64,000 nt of DNA from the NCBI GenBank assembly GCA_964016885.1, contig OZ024743.1, forward strand, positions 311,736,001 through 311,800,000. Direction: 5' to 3'. This document shows positions 56,890 through 64,000 of this stretch, one piece after another. Every line of letters begins with the position of its first letter. The stretch's first letter is position 1. Origin of the DNA: Eledone cirrhosa (Eukaryota). The position numbers were made by a program, and so were the translations under genes. The notes beneath the pieces are model-generated. The model searched no databases. It saw only the letters and a list, made by a program, of their open reading frames with translations, and was not told the origin of the DNA.

Positions 56890-59800
56890 AGGCGGCAAGT
56901 GAACTCTGCGAGACAAAACGGAACCGCCATTTCTTCATTGAGGACTTCCTGTCTGGAAGAGCCTTCCTAGTGGACACAGGAGCTTCGTGCAGTATTTGGC
57001 CTGTTAATACTATGACAGTAACTCCTCCTGAGTCGTCGATCGAATTGCAAGCTGTCAACCAGTCAACAATCAGAACTTTGGAACAGATCTCGCTTCCTCT
57101 TCAGTTCCGAAATCTTCGTCGAGACTTCAAATGGGTGTTCACTGTTGCTGATCTGCCATACCCGATTTTGGGCGCGGACTTCCTGCACCATTTTTCTTTG
57201 ACGGTGGACGTTCGTCACCAACGCCTAATCGACGATATTACTGGTTTTTCTCTTTGTGGCAGGACGACAGAATTTTCTACAATTAGCCCGACTTTCTTTA
57301 TTGCTAACTCTGGAAACTCATATCATGGACTGTTGAAATCGTTCCCGCAACTGACTCATGAAATTTTTAGAGTCACTGATCCAGGGCACGCCACGGAGCA
57401 TTTTATTACTACAACTGGCGCTCCGGTTTTTTCGCGTCTCCGTCGATTGCCAGCGGACAAACTGAAAACAGCATGGTCCGAGTTCGGTCATATGCTACAG
57501 CTCGGAATTATTCGTCCTTCCACGAGCCCGTGGCCATCTCCATTACATATGGTGCCAAAATCTTCTGGCGATTGGAGACCCACTGGAGATTATAGAAGAT
57601 TGAACTCGATGACCGCACCGGATCGGTATCCTATCCCTCATTTGCAGGATTTTGCATCCTCGTTGCAAGGTTGCAACATTTTTTCGAAGCTCCATTTGAT
57701 ACGAGCCTACAACCAGATTCCTGTCAACAGAGATGACATCCTGAAAACGGCTATAATTACGCCATTTGGATCTTTCGAATTTCTCACCATGCCTTTCGGG
57801 TTAAGGAATGCTGCTAGCACCTTCCAGCGATTTATGGATGAGGTCACTCGTGGCCTCGACTTTGTATACACCTACATTGATGACCTTCTTGTTGCGAGCT
57901 CTTCTCCAGAGCAGCATTTGCGCCATCTGGAACTTCTATTTTGTCGTTTGAAGAATTACAATGTTCTGATTAATCCATCAAAATGTGTTTTTGGTTCCGA
58001 ATCTTTAAGTTTGTTGGGTCACGTCACTGACGCTGACGGTATTCGACCTATTCCTGAGAGAGTTAAAGCTATAGAGGATTTGCCTCCACCAACCTCACTT
58101 CGTCAGTTGCGCCAATTCTTGGGGCTGATTAATTTTTATAGGCGGTTTGTGACTAATTGTGCTAAGCTACGGAATTTTGAAAAATTGCCGAAAGAAAAAT
58201 AGAGACATTTCTTTGAATGAAACTCAGCTCCAGGATTTTGAGAGTGCGAAAATTGCTCTAGCCAATGCATCTTTGCTAGCTCACCCAGTGTCCAACGCCA
58301 AGCTTCCGCTTTGTGTTGATGCGTCGGATACTGCCGTGGGCGCAGTTTTGCAGTAAAGTAGGAACGATCAACAGCAACCGTTGGAATTTTTCTCCAGGAA
58401 GCTGAAACCTGCCGAAACCCGCTACAGCATCTTTGGACGGGAGTTGCTAGCTATATATTTATCAGTGAAACATTTTTCGCACATGCTTGAGGGAAGAACG
58501 TTTACTATCTTCACGGACCACAAGCCGTTGACATTCGCCTTGCAAGCAAAGGCAGACAAATACTCGCCTAGAGAAACTAGACATCTTGACCTCATCTCTC
58601 ACAAATGATATTCAACATATTTCGGGTTATATGAATACAGCGGCCGACGCCCTGTCTCGTTTACCGATTACTTCGATCTCGTCGTCGGATGACATAGATT
58701 TGAATCGCTTGGCAGCCGATCAGCCTACCCTCGAATCGTTGGATGTTACATCACCGGAATTTGTAAATTGCAGGATGAAATACCTACCTTTACCGACCGC
58801 AGACGGACGGATCGTCTGCGACGTCTCTTTGGATACGCCACGCCCTTTTGTTCCGTTGAACCATCGTCGAACTCTGTTTCTTGATTTGCACGGCATTTCA
58901 CATTCTGGATCTTCTGCCACATTTCACATCCTGGATCTTCTGCCTCTTAACAGCTAGATTCTTCTGGCCAAATATGAGACGTGAAATTACTGTCTGGTGC
59001 CGTTCCTGTGTTGCTTGCCAGAAATCGAAAGTTCATAGACATATTAAGACTCCTCTTGGTACTTTTAGTAACCCGGACGCCCAGTTTCGCCACATTCATG
59101 TGGACATCGTGAGACCTTGGCCCATCAGCGGTGGTTACAATTACTTATTGACGGTAATCGATCGTTTTTCGCGATGGCCTGAAGCCATCTCCTTGAGGGA
59201 TATCACTGCTGAGACCACAGCGCGTGCCCTTGTGTCTGGATGGATCGCTCGATATGGAGTGCCAACGTCAATTACCACGGACCGTGGAAGGCAGTTTGAA
59301 TCGAACCTCTTCCATGAATTGACGAAGATCATCGGCGCTAAACGCATACGAACTACTGCATATCATCCTGCCTCTAATGGAATGGTGCAGCGCTTCCACC
59401 GACAACTGAAAGCCGCTCTACGGACTTCTCCTGACTCTACGCGCTGGAGCGAGTACCTCCCTATTGTGTTGTTGGGGATTCGGTCAACAATAAAGGAGGA
59501 CCTTGGGTTCACCCCGGCCGAATTGTTATATTGTGCTCCTCTAGCGTAACCTGGGCAAATGCTTGTCCCTGTCGATCTTGCTGAACAAGATCCGCTTTCC
59601 TACGTATCCCGTCTGCGTTCTTATTTTCAGGACCTGCCGCCGATGGATACGAGGAAGCAAACTGTACAATTTGCAGTCTCGAGGGATATTGCCTCGTGGA
59701 CCCATGTGTTTGTGAGAAACGATGCTGTAAAACCACCTCTCACACAACCATACTCTGGACCCTACCGTGTGTTAGCTCGTTCAGAGAAACATTTCACTAT

Positions 59801-59951
59801 AGACATTAAGGGTTCCAGAGAGACGCTTTCGATTGATATACTCAAACGAGCACATTTGGATACAGATGCTATCGCACCTGAGCCACAAACGCCCCCGTAT
59901 TTTTCTTTCGCACACACACCTGCTTCTTCGCCCCCCATCACCAAGATATAA
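56890..59951 (+). pseudogene. Gypsy pol with stops and frameshifts
   Basis: [38 protein letters not shown]. Confidence 0.95.
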
Positions 59952-61302
59952 GACTCGACCCGTTCCGGTCGGAGGGTTCATTGGCCCAAAAAACTGTGTA
60001 GCACGGTATATTTTTAAACTGCTATTGTGCGGTGCTTTAATCCTGTAGTGACTTTTGGAACTTTTAGGAAATTGTATTTACATTTTATTACATTTGTTTT
60101 TTCCTTTCACGTTCTTGCCTGTTCTTGCACGTTCTTGCTTTTTTAATATGTATTTTTGAAATGTTTTGTGCCCTTCATGCTCGGTTGGGCTGATTGCTCC
60201 TTGGTTTGGGATTTTTGCTGGTTGCTAATCGGTTTTTCTACATACATGATTCGATGAACCGATTTTTATTTAATGTTCTAAAAATTTGGTGGGAGGTCAT
60301 GTAAAGATCACGCCATCTAGCGTCGACTGTGAAGGCAGTCGATTAACTGCCCGTAGTTCTGACGTCACGTTCTGACGTCAGTAGCTGAGACAATAGCTCT
60401 TGGACGATGTGGACTCGGAGACAATAGACGTGCTATCGCTATGCAGTGATCCAAAGGATGATATCACACCATGCGACAGTATATGACGACTAAAATATAT
60501 CCCAACCTAGGAGCACTAATGTATTTGAATATATTCTGTAATTGCTCCTATTAAAAAATGTTTCTATAACATAAATTGAGGTATGTTCCTTATTCCTTGT
60601 TTGACTATGTGCCAGTAAACAATATCCAATTAGACGAGATGACTGACGACCACCCCGCCTAAACAGTTATTGCGGACCTGTCGTATTTTCAATTTCCTCA
60701 CTGGAGTGCCGGATGTACAGATACCCTACTTTTCTTCAACTCATCGTACTTTATTTTATTTTACATTTAGGGGTTTATCGCTGACTGCCTATCCGGATAA
60801 ATCCCCGGAGTATATGTTTTGAAAACATAGTGTTACTTCACCTAACGATCGGAACTGGAACCAATGGATGTTGTCCGTAGTGTGCTGATAAGATACGGAG
60901 GATCGACCTATTACATGGCGGTATAACCTTCCTATAGACAATCCTACATGTAAAGCTGCACCAACTATCCTTCTCACAGACTCATGCTTGCAAGATTTCT
61001 TAATCTGCCTGTACATCCTGTATTGTGCTTTGATGTATCTATGCCTTGATGTTTGTTTCTTTTGGTGTTTCTTATTGTTTTTTTTATGTTTTTATTGTTT
61101 TTGATCATGCTGAGTAACACCTTCACTCATTCCTTGCTACCCTCCCCCACCCTCCGTGTCATCTATTGCACCATGTAAATGATAAATTTTTGATGTGATC
61201 TCTGATGTAATTTTTTATGACATTTTTTTATGACATTTTATGACAGTATATGCGTCATGAATTGTGTCTGTTTCTATATAGCGCTGGCCTCAGGACCCCC
61301 TG

Positions 61303-61471
61303 TATATATAGTGTATTTTGCAATACACTGTATGCTTAATTAAAAACATTTCGAAGACCTTATACTATTGTTTTAGAGTAGTGACAGTCTCACTTACTTT
61401 AAATTTTTAACAAACAGGGGAGATAAAGCTGACAGAGCTCTGTTTCGTACTTTTTGGTACTTATCAAAGCT
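61303..61471 (-). mobile_element. Retrozyme-like family B partial copy with intact U3-A8 HHR (61427-61471)
   Basis: Minus strand: AGCT TTGATAA GTAC caaaaa GTAC GAAA CAGAGCTCTG TC AGCT. Confidence 0.8.
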
Positions 61472-61484
61472 ATATATATATATA

Positions 61485-64000
61485 TATGAATATAGACATA
61501 GAATATTCGAAAATATTCTGTATGTTTATAATAAACATTTTGAAGACCTAATCGCTATAGAATAGAATACGTCACGTATTACAATTAGATTCTCGATAAA
61601 AGCAAGGGAAGTAATCTACGCGTTTCATTCTCGTTAGAACTCATCAGGACTACATATCCAGTGCTTTTATCGAGAATGACACAGCTAGAGACTTATAGAA
61701 TACTTAGCTGTGTACAGGAACTGGTTTGAAAGAGCGGTTGCCGGTCCGGCAGAAATTAGAAATTGGAATAAATGCTCTGAAATAGCGATATATATGTGAA
61801 TATAGACATAGAATATTCGAAAATATTCTGTATGTTTATAATAAACATTTTGAAGACCTAATCGCTATAGAATAGAATACGTCACGTATTACAATTAGAT
61901 TCTCGATAAAAGCAAGGGAAGTAATCTACGCGTTTCATTCTCGTTAGAACTCATCAGGACTACATATCCAGTGCTTTTATCGAGAATGACACAGCTAGAG
62001 ACTTATAGAATACTTAGCTGTGTACAGGAACTGGTTTGAAAGAGCGGTTGCCGGTCCGGCAGAAATTAGAAATTGGAATAAATGCTCTGAAATAGCGATA
62101 TATATGTGAATATAGACATAGAATATTCGAAAATATTCTGTATGTTTATAATAAACATTTTGAAGACCTAATCGCTATAGAATAGAATACGTCACGTATT
62201 ACAATTAGATTCTCGATAAAAGCAAGGGAAGTAATCTACGCGTTTCATTCTCGTTAGAACTCATCAGGACTACATATCCAGTGCTTTTATCGAGAATGAC
62301 ACAGCTAGAGACTTATAGAATACTTAGCTGTGTACAGGAACTGGTTTGAAAGAGCGGTTGCCGGTCCGGCAGAAATTAGAAATTGGAATAAATGCTCTGA
62401 AATAGCGATATATATGTGAATATAGACATAGAATATTCGAAAATATTCTGTATGTTTATAATAAACATTTTGAAGACCTAATCGCTATAGAATAGAATAC
62501 GTCACGTATTACAATTAGATTCTCGATAAAAGCAAGGGAAGTAATCTACGCGTTTCATTCTCGTTAGAACTCATCAGGACTACATATCCAGTGCTTTTAT
62601 CGAGAATGACACAGCTAGAGACTTATAGAATACTTAGCTGTGTACAGGAACTGGTTTGAAAGAGCGGTTGCCGGTCCGGCAGAAATTAGAAATTGGAATA
62701 AATGCTCTGAAATAGCGATATATATGTGAATATAGACATAGAATATTCGAAAATATTCTGTATGTTTATAATAAACATTTTGAAGACCTAATCGCTATAG
62801 AATAGAATACGTCACGTATTACAATTAGATTCTCGATAAAAGCAAGGGAAGTAATCTACGCGTTTCATTCTCGTTAGAACTCATCAGGACTACATATCCA
62901 GTGCTTTTATCGAGAATGACACAGCTAGAGACTTATAGAATACTTAGCTGTGTACAGGAACTGGTTTGAAAGAGCGGTTGCCGGTCCGGCAGAAATTAGA
63001 AATTGGAATAAATGCTCTGAAATAGCGATATATATGTGAATATAGACATAGAATATTCGAAAATATTCTGTATGTTTATAATAAACATTTTGAAGACCTA
63101 ATCGCTATAGAATAGAATACGTCACGTATTACAATTAGATTCTCGATAAAAGCAAGGGAAGTAATCTACGCGTTTCATTCTCGTTAGAACTCATCAGGAC
63201 TACATATCCAGTGCTTTTATCGAGAATGACACAGCTAGAGACTTATAGAATACTTAGCTGTGTACAGGAACTGGTTTGAAAGAGCGGTTGCCGGTCCGGC
63301 AGAAATTAGAAATTGGAATAAATGCTCTGAAATAGCGATATATATGTGAATATAGACATAGAATATTCGAAAATATTCTGTATGTTTATAATAAACATTT
63401 TGAAGACCTAATCGCTATAGAATAGAATACGTCACGTATTACAATTAGATTCTCGATAAAAGCAAGGGAAGTAATCTACGCGTTTCATTCTCGTTAGAAC
63501 TCATCAGGACTACATATCCAGTGCTTTTATCGAGAATGACACAGCTAGAGACTTATAGAATACTTAGCTGTGTACAGGAACTGGTTTGAAAGAGCGGTTG
63601 CCGGTCCGGCAGAAATTAGAAATTGGAATAAATGCTCTGAAATAGCGATATATATGTGAATATAGACATAGAATATTCGAAAATATTCTGTATGTTTATA
63701 ATAAACATTTTGAAGACCTAATCGCTATAGAATAGAATACGTCACGTATTACAATTAGATTCTCGATAAAAGCAAGGGAAGTAATCTACGCGTTTCATTC
63801 TCGTTAGAACTCATCAGGACTACATATCCAGTGCTTTTATCGAGAATGACACAGCTAGAGACTTATAGAATACTTAGCTGTGTACAGGAACTGGTTTGAA
63901 AGAGCGGTTGCCGGTCCGGCAGAAATTAGAAATTGGAATAAATGCTCTGAAATAGCGATATATATGTGAATATAGACATAGAATATTCGAAAATATTCTG
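61485..64000 (-). mobile_element. Retrozyme-like family A tandem array, at least 8 x 310 bp, runs off the window end
   Basis: Period 310 (GAATATTCGA at 61501, 61811 ... 63981). HHRs at 61611-61653 + n*310, last at 63781-63823: GTAGTC CTGATGA GTTCT aacg AGAAT GAAA CGCG TA GATTAC. Confidence 0.92.

Larger units (their letters stand above)
55320..60663 (+). mobile_element. Gypsy LTR retrotransposon, CsRn1-like, degenerate; LTRs 55320-55685 and 60300-60663; TSD CAGT
   Basis: Two ~365-bp LTRs, PBS TGGTGACCC at 55687, PPT GGTGGGAGG, CHCC Gag and pol motifs. Confidence 0.95.

Noticed and set aside
60668-61100. Possible old LINE interrupted by the Gypsy element (with 54770-55319)
   Set aside because: Too degenerate to assign motifs by eye.
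61485-61800. Internal Pol III promoter in the 310-bp unit
   Set aside because: No convincing A/B boxes were seen, and the sense strand contains T4 runs.
61485-64000. CRISPR array, rDNA or tRNA array, or plain satellite
   Set aside because: There are no unique spacers, cas genes or rRNA/tRNA folds, and each unit contains a full hammerhead motif.

Overview
AT-rich eukaryotic, repeat-saturated intergenic or intronic DNA with no recognisable host gene. The (TA)n/(CA)n density and SINE types suggest a cephalopod such as Octopus (inference). It holds many Penelope-like element (PLE) pieces with inverted or tandem pseudo-LTRs, two degenerate CsRn1-type Gypsy LTR elements, a near-full-length Tx1/L1-clade LINE in a (GATA)n tract, RTE/R4/CRE-like LINE fragments, mariner/Tigger remnants and tRNA-derived SINEs. 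The main observation is that the apparent 310-bp satellite (22385-24440 and 61485-64000) carries one type I hammerhead ribozyme (HHR) per unit inside a highly base-paired monomer, the architecture of a non-LTR retrozyme (putative circRNA-producing, PLE-mobilised). Two further families of about 320 bp occur, one with a compensated U3-A8 core. About a dozen more HHR motifs sit in PLE tails, including a form with a ~105-nt stem II insert and a possible pseudoknotted permutation. All structures were read by eye; nothing was computed or searched, and most element boundaries are approximate.
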